A DNA stretch of 64,000 nucleotides from Dipteris shenzhenensis (Eukaryota). The notes beneath the pieces are model-generated. The model did not search any database and was not told where the DNA came from. It saw only the letters and a program-made list of their open reading frames with translations. Location: the NCBI GenBank assembly GCA_047967505.1, contig CM106538.1; one strand, 5' to 3'. Position 1 is the first letter of the stretch. Each line of letters starts with the position of its first letter. Of this stretch, positions 14,001 through 27,781 are shown piece by piece. The position numbers and the translations under genes were made by a program.

Positions 14001-14874
14001 GTTGTATCATTTGGGCATCCACATCTGGCAACATTAGATGTGTTGTTTTACAATTATCTATTGTAGCCAACATCTATATCCAATTATTGATGTCACTTTG
14101 TGTATCCCCCTCTATGGGCTTTAGTGCATTGGTAGGTATAGGGGATGCATTACTAGTGGTTGTAGTGGGTTTGATTTCCCCTATTCCCAGATTTATCCTG
14201 ACAGCGGTTTCTCTATTTTGGATAGTAATCCTATCGGTGCCCCAATCATGGAGTACTGATGCTTCCCAAAGCCATGGTCTTTCCAACAATATCTGGTATG
14301 CTGTGGTGCCCTTGGGAAGATCCAAGATAGTAAACTAGAGCATGAATCTTACTCCATTAATTTTTGTTAACACATTGTCAATGATACCTGATGGCTTCAT
14401 TTTTGTGTGGTCAGCTAGGTGGATGTTAAATTTGGCCTTCTGCATTGGAGGTAGGCCCCATTCTTCATATAGCTCTTTTGCTAGAATGTTTACTCCAGCT
14501 CCACCATCCACTATTGCCAGGTATTGACCAAAGGCTTTATGCTCCAGCAGAGTGGTTACAATTTTTATGTCATCCCAAGCACCAAATTTCACCCAAATTA
14601 CCTTTTCCTCTACTTCAGGTGGGGGGAATTATTGTGAAGATTCGATCCATCCCTTGAAACTTTCCCACATTATAGGGCAATTTCTTAGTAAGGTCCCAAT
14701 TGGCATTGTGACGAGGCAGCTTATCAAGCTTGCTAGTGTGGTGCCATCCAATTGGGGATGTTTTGCATGTTGCTCTATTACCTGTTGGAAGTTGTCAGGA
14801 TGAATCGTTGTGTCAATGCTGGGTGCTGATGGTGGAATCTGAGGTGCCCTACCAAGAGGAAGAACTAAGGCCAA
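8084..14874 (-). mobile_element. Decayed non-chromovirus Ty3/gypsy internal region (protease-RT-RNase H-integrase plus ~2.3-kb 3' extra region)
   Basis: AIVDGGAGVNIL (protease, ~14500); YSFLDGFSRYNQ, VMPFGLCNAP, FLDD (RT, 12423-13301); FHVHTDGS, YTTTEREALA, DHQAL (RNase H); H-X6-H, TPFQLMYG, INGSRLK (integrase). Many stops and frameshifts. Confidence 0.93.
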
Positions 14875-16599
14875 GGCGAGCTTGCAAAATGAGGGAGACT
14901 AGGGGGATACAGAGCTGTGTAGAAGGGACATCTTGTAGACACTCATGCACGCCACCAACCCTATGAAACTATGGAGACCAACCAGATCAGTAAATGGATG
15001 CACTGACATTATTGCCACCATCATAACGAGCACCAAGGGGTACCTCTAGGTGTGAACCATTTGTGAGAAGGGAACCCATCCCGTCTACTATATCACATGA
15101 CGAGGAAGGTTTGGGTGAATGCTAATGGCTGAATGCTCAAATGGACCATAAGGAGGTCGGGGAGGAGGAGAGAGGCAATATGTCGAGCACTCTCCATGCA
15201 AAAGTTGAGGGCCCAAACGAGCCCGATGAAGCAACCGAGACTGACGCATAGGAAGAGCAAGAGCTTACAATGATAGCTTACCTTTATGCTCAGCCCTTCC
15301 AGCCATTGAGTGCATGAGGGTAGCTGAGAAGGATGAACTCACATATGTTAAGCCTAGAGAAGGGCCTCCTACTACTAGGAAAAATAGAGACTACGTAAGC
15401 TCTATCAAGGTGCATTTTTTGTTATCCTTCGTACCTGAACAATTATTTATGCTTGTAGATCAAAGGCTCAGTAGGGAAGACTACATACTGACATCTTGCA
15501 TCTATGAACACCACATCTGAGCCCTGCCTGTGGCAATGCTGTGATTGGGTGACCTAAGTGCTTGATCTTTGGCTATGCTTTATCTCTAGCTATGCTTGCA
15601 AAAAGCTAAGAGCACCTAGTATATCCATAAGTAACCGCTTAAGCTATTAAAGAGCTGGACCTAGGTTTATACATGATAACTAGAATACAGATAGCAAGCA
15701 ATTTCATGCTCCATAAATAACAAATAATCTAGGTAGTGAACCCTTGTGGAATCTGACTTGGATGATTGATTACTGCTATTGGGATATAGGTGGGGTTATC
15801 CGTCAGTTCGGCTTGTGAAAACTGCATATAGAATTCTCCTAAACTGCATCTCTTCTTGTTCTCATCAGATTCCCTGGAATCTGTGTCCATATATGGGAAT
15901 ATGGAAGCTTTTTACAATTGTGAGGAGAACTGTGTAATATGACATCCCACTGAGATTTGGCTAATAAAAAACTGAGATACTTATACATTGCATATGTCTT
16001 TTTCCCTTGAGTTATCTAGAAAAATACTAAGGAAGAGGGACTTTTGGTCACGACTGTAATATTTATACCTAACTGATTTTTCTCTCTTGGAATATCTAGA
16101 AAGAATATGGATGAAAGAGGGACTAATAATCAAAAAAGAATGCCATGATGTTATATGAAACTGTCTGGCTCTATGACATTTTTGGGTCTTAACGAACTAT
16201 CAAGGATTATTGTTGTTGAAATCTTCCTACAATTTTTGAGAGAGATGTATATTGTAGTAGCATTTTATGCTGGACTTATAAGGGTTAATGTTGATGTAAG
16301 CTTATTGCAATTTTTTTGGAAAATGTGGTGATTGTAAATAGTCATATACCTTATGTTTCTGAAGACCTTTGGGCAAGAAAAAGGTTACTAGTACCAATTA
16401 CAGACAATAAGATTTCAAAAGAGAGATCCTCATGATCTCTAAAAACTGTCATCATCAGTATCTCCTACTTGATTAGAAAATTGTTGGGTTTGACATGGAT
16501 AACAACTGTGGCTGGGCCGTGAAGCCTACAGTCCCACATTGCATTGTACTCATGTATTAACATGCTGTGCTTGTGGATGGATGCAGGTGAGTCCAACTA

Positions 16600-16960
16600 C
16601 CTAGCTCAGTGTTTTGGTTGAAAAGAATGGAGGAGGATGACACACATGCCAACAATATTGGCTCAATATATGATATTTATTCCTTAGTACAGGTACTACT
16701 ATTATAGATAGCCGGGAACTTATTCCACTTTTTGATGCCTTTTATCAACTTTTTGGGAGGCTCCTTGCTGGTTGTACCTGGTTAAAGGGTGGACTATTTG
16801 TTGTGATGCGTATGTTGCTCAAGCAGAACAAGAATAGCATATACCCTGAGCAAATCCATCTATCAGTTATGTTTGAAAATTTTGGAAAAGGAGACATAAT
16901 TTGTTTTTTGCAATATCCAACTGATATGCACCTTGATTGGAGTAGCTTTAGTATAATATG
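16600..16960 (+). pseudogene. Possible decayed fragment of a BTB/POZ (FBL11-like) gene
   Basis: Manual translation IIDSRELIPLFDAFYQLFGRLLAGCTWLK resembles the BTB-end motif of plant FBL11-type proteins (recalled, not searched); preceded by a tgcag acceptor; disrupted by stops. Confidence 0.3.
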
Positions 16961-17812
16961 ATGAACTCACACCTGAGAATTTCTTTGTGCATATGCAGAT
17001 ATATGTATGGATAAAAATGTATGCTGCAATAGAGGATGCATTAATTGCATAGGACTGATGCTACATGGGAGGGAACAAGTAGTTTTATAATTAGGAGCTA
17101 GAAGGTTATCATGAGGGAGGAATAGATTTCACTGTTCTAATAGGCAACACACACACACACACTTTTTCAATGATGTAAAGCTTGGTTGATGTAAACACCC
17201 AGGCTCAAAGGAGGCAAGGAAGTAAACCTAGTCCATTGGGCAAGCATGCATCAATTTTGAAGGAGGGACAATGTTGGGCAAGGCATCCTAGATTGCAAGG
17301 AAGAGGAGCCAGTGCCATATGGAACATCTCCCAACTCCCCCTTCACTCCATCTCCTCCTACCACATTGTACAACTCTTCCTTAAGAAATAGAGTAGATGC
17401 TATAGGAGATCTCCCACGTGACCCATCCTAGTGGGGAATCCATGCATTGTGCGATAGGAAAAACAAAATCTCATGAAATCATTTGCAATAAATACCTAAG
17501 TAGCATTGATTCAAGCATTTGTATTCTTCTACCAACTTTAAAAAGGTAAAAATTTAATTGTGAAGCCTAAACAACGAGTTGCAACAGAAATGTCACATGT
17601 GAGTGGGCACAAAAAATGAATACAACACAATTGAAGATCCTCTTGCTACTTTATTGTTTGTGTGCTTGTGCTTGTATTCACTATATACCCAATTGCCTAT
17701 TTGTTCTCATTGTGTGTTTGCCTCTACTCACTTTTGCATCTACCTCTGCTTTTGCTTGGAAATGCAGTGGATAGAGTAGTTTATGGCCACCTCTTGCTAC
17801 ACTTGTACTAGT

Positions 17813-18112
17813 CATGTTCCTACCTCTTTGTTCTCTTTTTGTTGTTGCTCTTGATATTGTGCCTGTCATACTACTATATGGGTGAGGTGACGTTGAAGGG
17901 ATTTGCCATATGGATAGATCATTACATTGATAGGGAAGCCATGTGGACAATCGACTTGATGTGCTTATCCTTTGGATCATGTTCCTGTCCCTTTGTTCTC
18001 TCTTTGTTGCTACTCTTGATATTAGGCTTATCATACTGCTATATGAGTGAGAAGAAGATAAAGGGATTTGCCATATGGATAGATCATCAAATTGACTGGG
18101 AAGCCACATGTA
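17813..18112. repeat. ~165-bp tandem duplication
   Basis: tcatgttcct...ggatttgccatatggatagatcat...gggaagcca occurs twice, 165 bp apart. Confidence 0.85.
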
Positions 18113-19142
18113 CAGTGCCTTAGTTGTTGCGAGGTAGGCACTTTATTGGATGGTTTGAAACTTGACAAAAACATGTAGACCAAAATGCCTTCGCAAGATC
18201 TCCTACCTTGAACTTTTTCTTCAACAGCTTGAATTATTTACGGATAAAATCAGTACAAAGACGTGACCAACGTTTTGTCCTTTTGCAAAAGGTGATAGAT
18301 AACATTGCATGTCTACCTCCTCGAACCTTTTTAGAGTGTTGTTTTTTCATAATCTTTGTTTGCTTGGAAGAAAAAAGTATATGTATGAAATCTAAAAAAT
18401 ATGAATGAAATACAAAACCTTAGCTATGAGTCTACCAAATGTTACAAAGAATGCAATGGATTCTATTACATCCAATGTGAAAGAAAACTAAGGTCTATAA
18501 TATGGAAGACCACCAAAGCTATCCGGAGCATTTTGTGCCCTTCCTTCATGTAAGTTCAAGGATAATTGAAACAATGTAAATGAAAACTCTTCAATATGGA
18601 CTTGATTTCTCCACCCAAACTTGCCATTCTACTGAAACTTTCCCTAGCTATAGTACACCAAGACACAAATCTAGCTTTGAAACAAAATGCAGAGGACACT
18701 TTCAATAACAACATGAGCAAAATGTGAGAACCATGCAACAGAGGGGATCTCCTCTTTCTCCTTTTGCATCCATTCTACTTCCTTTCTCCTTGGGTCATTA
18801 CCTTGAGGTAAAGACAAAGGCATGACTGTCAGAGCACTTCGACTGCAAGCTACCCAAGAAGGGATGAGCCACAAAACCAATGAAGCTCTCGAGGAAAAAA
18901 AGCAATAGGAAAAGTATAATGCTTCTTACCTTCTTCGGATGAAGGAATAATTTTTGAGAAAGAAGAGGATAAATCGACCTTATTCAGATGAAGGAAGACT
19001 TTCTTAAATTCCTCAATGAAATCTTGGGCTTTTTTGCATGCAAAGGACATCCTTTTGTCCCAACTTTTGCATTTGCTGGTGTCTTTATAGGCTCCTTGTT
19101 AGTGATATAGACAATTGAATTGCTCAGTTTTGGTAAGACTAG

Positions 19143-21031
19143 TGTGATATGAAGTTGGGGGTAATAAACTTCACGCACCTCTTCACTTCCTGCAGCATTC
19201 AAACTGACTGCCAAAGATACTTATCATTGAGAATGAGACATTAGAAAGAAGCTTTTATGCCAAGATACCACACCATACTTTCCTCCCTTAGATGAGGATG
19301 AAGATGGTAACATCCCAAGTGATGTTGTAGTCAAGCATAGGGAGAAGGAAAGGATCAGCAGAGGCCATAATCTCAGTGAGCCGGTCAAAGAGAAGAGCGA
19401 TACGTTGTTGAAAGAAGATCTTGCGGCTCAACATGACATGAACTTATATATATCGAGGAGTTTGAAGGGGCTGATTAGGTCGGATGGGTAGATTCCGAGG
19501 AAACATTGCACCTCCTTCATAGACACCTTTATACTTAGCTCAAAACACTCTACAAATTGTCATTAGACACAGAGGCCTATAACTTTCAGTAGAGACATGA
19601 TATCAAAGCTTTAAGTACACAAAGAGATGCGCCTTGAGATGGGCTTCGTGCTGATATAAGTTTCATTGAAAACAGACAGACGGTTGAAGAGATATGGACA
19701 GTTTACTGGAAGGGGGTAAAAACTGTCATGAAAACAGACTGTCAAACACAGAGACTCATAACTTTTTGCAGCAGTATCTGCTTCAAGATCTGATTACATA
19801 GAAACATGCGCCTTGAAGAGAGCTTCACGCTGATATAAATTTCATTACAATCGGACTACCGAGTAGAAAGTTATGAGCAAAACACTAACAGGGGATCAAA
19901 TTGTCATGAAAACTACCCTCCACCCAGGCTAATTTCGCCTGAGCAGGATGCTCCCTCAAGACTCCACCTTCATCAACGATCCACCCCTCATAGATTTTGC
20001 CTAGAAGAGGGGAAGAAGTTTGCATAGTGGCTCGGGAAACAAATGGACCATGTGTGCACAGTGAGCAACCAAATAGAAAGAACTTTTAGGGCTTTGAAAG
20101 AAAGAAAAGGGAAGAGACACTCAAGAGAGAGAGAGGACCTGAAGTGACCTTCATTACAAATAGAGCGAGAATCCACCTCAACACTACAAACACAAGGGAG
20201 AAGAAGAGGTTTCATACATACAAGAGGGAGCGGAAGCTCCAAGACTACTCATAGAGAGGAAATAAACTAGAGAGAGAAGGACTCAAGAGTCTACATAAGA
20301 GAATATCTACAAGAGGAAGAGAAGGCTCATGGAAGAGGCTTTGGGAGACTAGAACTACAGCAACATAAGGCCCAATGGTGGAAGAGATCCTGCTGAACAA
20401 GGGAGAGGAGGGCTCCTTTTATAGAGATTTTGTTACCCTCCTTCACCCATTTACAATTGCTGCCTGTAGATTCCTTTCCCCATCAATCACATAAGCACGT
20501 ATGTCACCATCCATGTCCTTTTTGGCTACTCTTGCCATGTGTCCCTTCAAAAGATGCTCAAGACTCTTAAAATATTGAGAAAGTCAAGAGTCTCCTCACA
20601 TGGAGCCCATAGGGACCCTCTCTTTTCCACATGTCCACATCCTCCTTATTCCACATAGGAGTTCTAGAAGGATTCCTCTTGACTTCACACTCCTCCACAT
20701 GCCTTCCACATGCTTGGCATGTGGCCTCTCTTATATTATTGGAACACATGGACATGAGCCCACCTCTTTATATGAATCACTCTTTCTATCTTCTAAAAAA
20801 CTCATAATATCCCATACACAAATAACTCTCACCCCATACCAAGGTATTTATAATTCATACCTATGGCATTTGCAATGAGCCATTCCACTCATCCTCTCAA
20901 TCCCATACAATATCATAGAAAATAGAAATAAGTGAGAGCCACTAGGCTATCACTTGATACTCAAACCCTTATCAAACATAGAGAAAAATAATATCAATGC
21001 CAAGTTAAAAATATCAATTTTTGGCGTCACA
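19143..21031 (-). repeat. 3' LTR (1889 bp)
   Basis: tgtgatatgaagttggggg...ttggcgtcaca; matches 27782-29676 with roughly 25 substitutions (counted by eye) and one 6-bp indel. Confidence 0.97.
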
Positions 21032-21044
21032 TCTTTCCCCCCCC
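21032..21044 (-). promoter_or_regulatory. Polypurine tract
   Basis: tctttcccccccc on + (GGGGGGGGAAAGA on minus) directly adjacent to the 3' LTR. Confidence 0.9.
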
Positions 21045-21082
21045 AACAGATCCTCTCTAGTACAGAGAGGGTCTGCTGGCCC

Positions 21083-24000
21083 TCAAGGTGGTCGAGCATA
21101 GAAGAATTTAAGGCGATACTCATTGGTGCGTCCGGGTATCACCATGCCATCAACATCCTCAAGCTGAAAGGTTCCATTCGTGAACTTCTTTTTGACTCGA
21201 TATGGTCCCTCCCATTGGCCGATAAACTTTTTGTCTAGCCGCTTGTCCAGACGGCTATCAAATCTCATTACCAAATCTCCTTCTGCAATATCTTTCTTCT
21301 TGCATAATTTGGTGTCAAAACGGGCCTTGCGCCTTCTTTGAGAAGATTCCAAGTTTTGTAAGGCCTGTAATCTGTATTCATCCAAGGCTTCTAGCTGTAC
21401 CAAGCGTTGAGCATAGGCATCCTCCTGTCCTTCCATTCTTGCAACAGCTGTGCGAAGACTATGTATCTCCAATTCAATGGGTAAAATGGCTTCTATTCCA
21501 TACACTAGTTGAAATGGTGTAAACCCAATAGCTAGCTTGTGTGTGGTTCTGTAAGCCCATAAAACCTCTGCCACAAATGCCTATCCCAATGCCTTTTCTT
21601 GGTGTCAACAAGCTTTCCCATTGAATTGCACAACAATCCATTTGTTTTCTCAACCAAGCCATTACATTGGGGATAGTATGGCATGGACATGCTATGATTT
21701 ATCTTAGCTTATGCACCACATCTTCAATTAGTTCATTTCTAAAAGAGGTTCCTCCATCAGTGAGAATTTCCAAAGGACAACCAAAGCGTGAATAAATTTG
21801 GTCAAAGAGAAATTTTGCAACTGTGCTTGCCTTGCTATTGACTGTGGCCTTGGCCTCTACCCATCGAGTCGCATAATCTGTGGCCACCAATAAATAATGC
21901 TTGCCCTGAGATGAGCGAGGGAGTGGTCCCACAAAGTCCAACCCCCACCTCTCAAATGGTCCATATGCTGGAATAGGCTTCAAGGGCCCAGGAATCAACT
22001 GTCGCCTTCCAAACTCTTGGCATACTTTACAACTTTGACACCATTCATATACATCCTTATGGAGGCGTGGCCAAAAGTATCCTGCATTAAGAATTCTCCT
22101 AGCTGTGCTTGCTGAAGCAAAATGACCATAGCATTCATGACACATTTCTAGGATTCTCCTAGTCTCCATGGGATGGACCACCCGACGGAGCACCTTATCT
22201 TTTCCCAATTTATAAAGAATGTCATCAACAATGGTATAGGGACAAGCCTTCCTTACCAATATCTGCTTCTGTTGTGGAGTTAACCCTTGAGGAAACATGC
22301 CTTCTTCCACTTATTGCTGAACATCTTGCAGTTCTGGCCATCCAGTGTCTACCAAAGAAACCACCCCCTGGTCTTGTACTACAATGGCTTGAGTAGCTAA
22401 CTCATATGCCCTTTGATTTTCTTTTCTGTTTATATGAACAAACTTGCAAAAATCAAACTGACTACATAGTGCCATAGCCTTTTGATTAAGCTCCTTCAAA
22501 TGAGGACTTCTTGTCTGGTAATGCCCTTGCATTTGCTTTATAATAAGCTGAGAATCTCCTCTTACTTCCAATTCTTTAACTTGACTTTGAAGACAACCCT
22601 CCAAACCAAGAATCAAAGCATTATACTCAGCTGCATTGTTAGTTGTGATACCTGGGGGACGAGCATTTTCTGAGCGAAATCTTCCGAGCGTCCGAGTGAA
22701 GGAAAAAAAAAGCTTCCAACTATGCATAAATATGGCAAAAATCGATCAAAAGAAAACATAGTTTCACTTAGAAATATGCAAAGTATTATAGCAATGCCTA
22801 TTTTATACAAAAATCTTTAGGTGAATCTGTAGGAATGGTGAGAGCATAATGGGATGGCTTTTGAAGAAACCCACATGTAGAGTAGACTTCTCTATGAAAA
22901 TTCCCTTATGATCCTTCTTACAACTTTTACTTAATAGGGGGTGACATTGAAAACCCTCTCTCAACCGATCTTCATGAAAGAGTTTCTTCAAAGAAAACTC
23001 ATTGAAGCAAGCCATCTAGGTAGTTTCACCAGCGAAACCCCTTTGAAGCAAGTCTCCCAAGGTAGTTTCGCTGGCGAAACTACCTTGGACAGCACTTTTA
23101 AAGGTGACATAACTTTCATATCCAATGTCCAAATATAGTCATTCAACCACTCAAATTGATCGGAACACCCATTTGAGCACATATATGGAGTTATATTTTG
23201 GAAAATCTTTCATATATAGTATTAAATATTACATGTATTTTATGAGAGTGATATATAAGCCTAAGTTAATACTTATTTATAGTAATTTAAACTTCTTTAG
23301 AAACATGTCCATAAATATGCTATAGAAACACTAAAAAGATATTGCCATATGATATAAATGTGTTAATAAGTAATTATATATGCATAGTATTATTACATTG
23401 AGAGTGATTATGAGGAATGTTTCTTAAAGGAGTCAACACTTTTTTAAGGTAATAACAGGGGTACAAAGGGATGTCTCTAAATAAGAAAATTATGTTGTGT
23501 AAAAATGAATGAGTGACTAGTCTGTATATTTTTATGATAAAGGGATCTAGTTCTAGTGAAAATAAAAGTGTAAAAACCATGTTTCCTAAAGAAAAACATT
23601 TTTAAAAATCTCTTGAAAAACACGCTCGGATAAACCTGCTCATAGGTTTTTGCTCGTAAAATTGACGCATCCTGATACCTGGAAGCTCTTGTCCTCTTGC
23701 CCATACCTCTTGACCTTCAGGATTCATCAAGATTATCCCCCCGGCTCCTTGTTGGCATGAAGGACTAAAAGCCCCATCAAAATACAAAACAAAAGCTGTT
23801 GGTGGTGTATCCCTTTCATCTTTAATGTTCTCCTTACATTTCTTTTCTTCTCCTAGATCCTCCCGTCCTGTGAGCAAATCTGCCATAGTGGACCTAGTGG
23901 TATTTTCAGTGACAAAAGAGAAAGAGAACTCTTGAAGCTCTGACAACCATTTTGCAAATCTCCCCCCAGGATTAGGCTTGCGAACTAGATATGCTAATAT

Positions 24001-27000
24001 AGACTGAGAGGTAAGGAAGAAAAATGGTCGAGGTAATAAATAGGAGCGAAGCTTTCTGACAGAAAACACCAAAGAGAGAGCTTGCTGCTCCATTTCTTCA
24101 TACCTTGTTTCCACATCTGTAAGCTGTCGGCTGGCATAATAAATGGGTTGCAGTCTACCTCCCTCTCCTTTTTGTAGCAATACAGCACCAACTGAATGCA
24201 AAGATACACTTGGATTTACATAAAAGTCTTGAGACCAATCAGGGGGCTTCAATATTGGGCCCTTACTCATGGCCTCCTTAAGTTGCTGGAAAGACTCTTG
24301 TTGCTCCATACCCCATTGGAAAGAAACTCCTTTTCTTGTCAACAAGTTCATGGGATGCACTATCTCTGTGAAATCATCACAAAAGCGTTGATAATACTTG
24401 CTCTTTCCTAGAATTCTGTGAACACCAGTGACATTCTCAGGACTTGGCAATGCCATGATTGCTTGAACCTTGTCAGGATCCATTTGCAGGCCTTCTTGAG
24501 ACACAATATGCCCCAACAAGACTACTTTTGTTTGAGCCAAATGACACTTGCTAGGATTTAGACACCCTTTTGCTTCATCAATCCTAGCTAAGGCCATCTT
24601 TAACTTCTCCATGTGATCTATGCGCCGAGAATAAATGCAAAAATCATCCAAAAACACCCGTATGAACTTTCCCAATTAAGGCTCCAGGACTTGACTCATG
24701 AACCTTTGAAATGTAGCTGGTGCATTGGTCAACCCAAAAGGCATCACTCTGTAAGCAAAAACTCCCCAAGGTGTGACAAATGATGTTTTCTTTTGATCTT
24801 CCTCCCGAATACGAATTTGAAAGTACCCAGAATACCCATCACATACAGAATACATCTCATGCCCTGCTACTTGGTCTAGTATTTCATCTTGGAATGGCAA
24901 AGGAAAATGATCCCTCTTAGTGCATGCATTCAAAGGACGAAAGTCCACACAAACTCGCCACTTATTTCCTTTCTTTGGTGTGACAACTACAGGAGATATC
25001 CATTCTGAATCATCAACAGGAAAGATGAATCCCACCTCAAGTAGTTGTGTTACCTCTTTCTTTAGTGCCTCAGCTTGGATCACCCCCAATCGCCTTAAGC
25101 ATTGCACAATTGGCTTGCTTTCTGGCTTCAACTCAATCTTGTGCTCCACAAGAGAGACTGGTCGAACCTGTGAATAGCTTGTTGCAAAGAGACATGGAAA
25201 ATCATCTAGCATATCCAAGTACTAGAGCTTCTCACTACCTGATAGAGAATCACCGAGAAGCTCTTCATTGCGTTGGCGTCATTTAATGTGCTCCACATCC
25301 TCCACATGAAGTGTCTCTACAGGATCTTCTTGCACCACCACCTTGTTTCTTCCTGACTCATCCCAATCAGCACCAAGACAAAGACCAAAGGCCACTCCTT
25401 CCACCTCACCCTCTGAGTTGGACTCCTCGGAGCTACACCCTGTCTCTTCTTCTTCATCGGTTAAGTCAGAGCTTGAACTCTCTGATGTTGAAGACTCCTC
25501 CTTGACAACTTCCTTTTTGCGGCTTCTGATGTTGTAGCGCACCTTCTTATCATTTCCCTGCAAAATCAATTCTCCAGTATCCCACTTTTGAACAGCCTTC
25601 ACCTTGCGTAGCCAAGGCCTTCCCAAAATCAATGGATAGGCACGTGCATCTGGCTTGGTAGGGATCACCTGAAAAGTAGTCGGCACAGAAATTCCACATA
25701 CATCCACTTCTAGATTCTTCACAACTCCCAAGGTCTTAACCCTAGTGTTGTCAGCCAATTTGATGCGATAAGGAGAGGTAGTACTAGAGTATTTTAAATC
25801 AGCATCAATCATGGTCTTCTCACTCATGACATTAATCGATGCACCTCCATCAATGTACACATTAGAAATCACTTGACCATCAATGATCACATCAACCACA
25901 GGTACATCATCACCAACATCTATATCTACCTTTTGAACAACAGGAATGGCACTTTTCTTCTTTTTCTTCTTTGACACCCTTGTGCTTGCTAGTTTTCCCC
26001 ATTCCTTCTGTAGTTTTGGAGACAAAGCAAGTAATTGACCAAAGGTGATATGAGCTTCCTTTTCTTTAAGGTCGGACAACAAGTCATAGCTTCCAATTCC
26101 TTGTCCTAAAGGAAAGTCTGACTGGCTAATTCTCCTTCTAGATGCCTTCTTTTTCTTACTACGGTGTTCCTCTTCCTGATGTTCCTCATCTACTTCTTCC
26201 TTGCTTTCTTCTTCTTCTTTTGGTTTACCACGCCCCCGTTCAGCCATCATTACCTCTTTTTCCTCATCCCCTTAAGAAGCTTCTAACAAGGATACTTGTT
26301 TTTCTTCTTTCTTTCTCAATCTAGGACACTCGGGGCGATAGTGACCTTTTTCATTACATTCATAGCAAGTGACCCCACTCCTATCTCGAGGCCTATCTTC
26401 ACTCTTTGGTGCTCTAGGTTGTCGTGCATTAACCAAATGCAATTTCAAATCAGCAAACTCTGCCATCAATTGGGAGATATTATGATCTAACTCAGAGGAC
26501 TTTGGTACTTGAGGAGCGCCCATTATCTCCACCTTAGAAGTTGAAGCTGTTGAAGACACAAAAGAGGATTCGATCTTTAGAGAAGCTTTTTTCTTGGTTG
26601 CAATGCGAAGCGCCTCCACGTATGTTGTTGGATCTTTACTCATTACTTTTGAGTGAAGACGAGGCTCCAAAGCCATAACAAATTTGCTCATCTTTAAGTG
26701 CTCCATCCTTGAGAGACTTTGAGGGGCCGATGATGCAGATGCCACAGCTCGCAAAGCTGCCCTTTCATACTTTGTCCATAAAGTTTCATATCGGATTGCC
26801 AATGCAGAGACCAACTCACCCTCTCCTTGATAGAACCAGTCCAACTACAACATCAAAGCATTTGGCGACTCCACTGCCCCAAATCTCTGCTTCATTGCTG
26901 CCACCACTTGGTCCCAGTCCTCCTTGGTAGAGTCCGGCAAGGTCTCATGCCAACTCAAGGCTACACTTTCAAGAAAATTAGGCAAAATCTCTGCTCGATC

Positions 27001-27102
27001 CTTCATGGACCATCCAGAAAGCCGGCATCCTCGAACAAAATCTCGAAGATAAGACTCCGGGTCTTCCCCTTGGGTCCCTCGAAACACTGGAATCTTCACC
27101 AT
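21083..27102 (-). pseudogene. gag-pol of the Tat-like element, with several in-frame stops and a MULE-like insertion
   Basis: MVKIPVFRG (gag start), CYECNEKGHYRPEC (zinc knuckle), VYIDGGASINV (protease), VMPFGLTNAPATFQR and FLDD (RT), RNase H, aRH FDG...NNAAEY...GDSQL, integrase HECYGH...CKVC, WGLDFVGP, WEGPY. Confidence 0.95.
22655..23672. mobile_element. Non-autonomous MULE-like DNA element, copy 1 (1018 bp), inserted in the aRH domain
   Basis: 9-bp TSD TGATACCTG (22646-22654, 23673-23681); imperfect ~36-bp TIRs (GGGGACGAGCATTTT.../GGATGCGTCAATTTT...); removing it restores ELPGITTNNAAEY; second copy at 38965-40008. Confidence 0.9.
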
Positions 27103-27760
27103 GATGAAACACAAAAAGGACACACCAAGATCCAAATAATATCCCAAACAAGATCCGAACAAGATCCCACAAAGCCTTAGTATACCAAGACCAACTGATT
27201 ATGCATAACCACTTGTTGAAAACCCTCCACAATGTGATCCTCAACAAAATCTTCAAAAATAAGTGACCAACCAGCACCATGAAAACATTGTGTATACATG
27301 CATTCTAGAATCACCCTTCTCATAATAGGAAGTGTACATAAAAGCTTCAAGATATTGTAATCTTCATCATTTGCATAGCAAAAGAAGTTGAAAGCATTAA
27401 GAATCACCACTCCACTGTTATAGTCAAAAACTACCCAAAGACTCAACTCTTCTTCACACCAAGCTGCCAGTGCATGGATCAATCCCCAATTTATCATTGT
27501 GCCTGCTGCCGGCGTTGTCGATTCACCAACATATTCAACAATGCAAACATAAAGGATATGATCAAGGTGACTGTGCGAATAGCTTGAGCATCACCTTCAC
27601 AATCTTCAAGTTCTCTTAAACGGGTTGCAATCTCTTCTAACGGAGTTCTTCTAGGCATCTTCTTTATCTCATCAAAACACATGCCTCTTCTAGACATAAC
27701 ATGCAATCAAGTACACCTGAGATCGTTTAGTAAGGTGGGATGAATCCAATACCAAACGTA

Positions 27761-27776
27761 CCTGGCGTCTCCACCA
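27761..27776 (-). promoter_or_regulatory. Primer-binding site, probably tRNA-Ala
   Basis: The + strand cctggcgtctccacca resembles a tRNA-Ala 3' end (...CATCTCCACCA); it lies 5 nt from the 5' LTR. Confidence 0.7.
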
Positions 27777-27781
27777 AAAGA

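Noticed and set aside
19988-20878. Short ORFs duplicated at 28633-29523
   Set aside because: They are repeated only because they lie within the two LTRs; no coding signature.
22803-23580. Short ORFs inside the 1-kb insertion as a transposase or captured gene
   Set aside because: AT-rich sequence, no recognisable motifs, and indels between the two copies.
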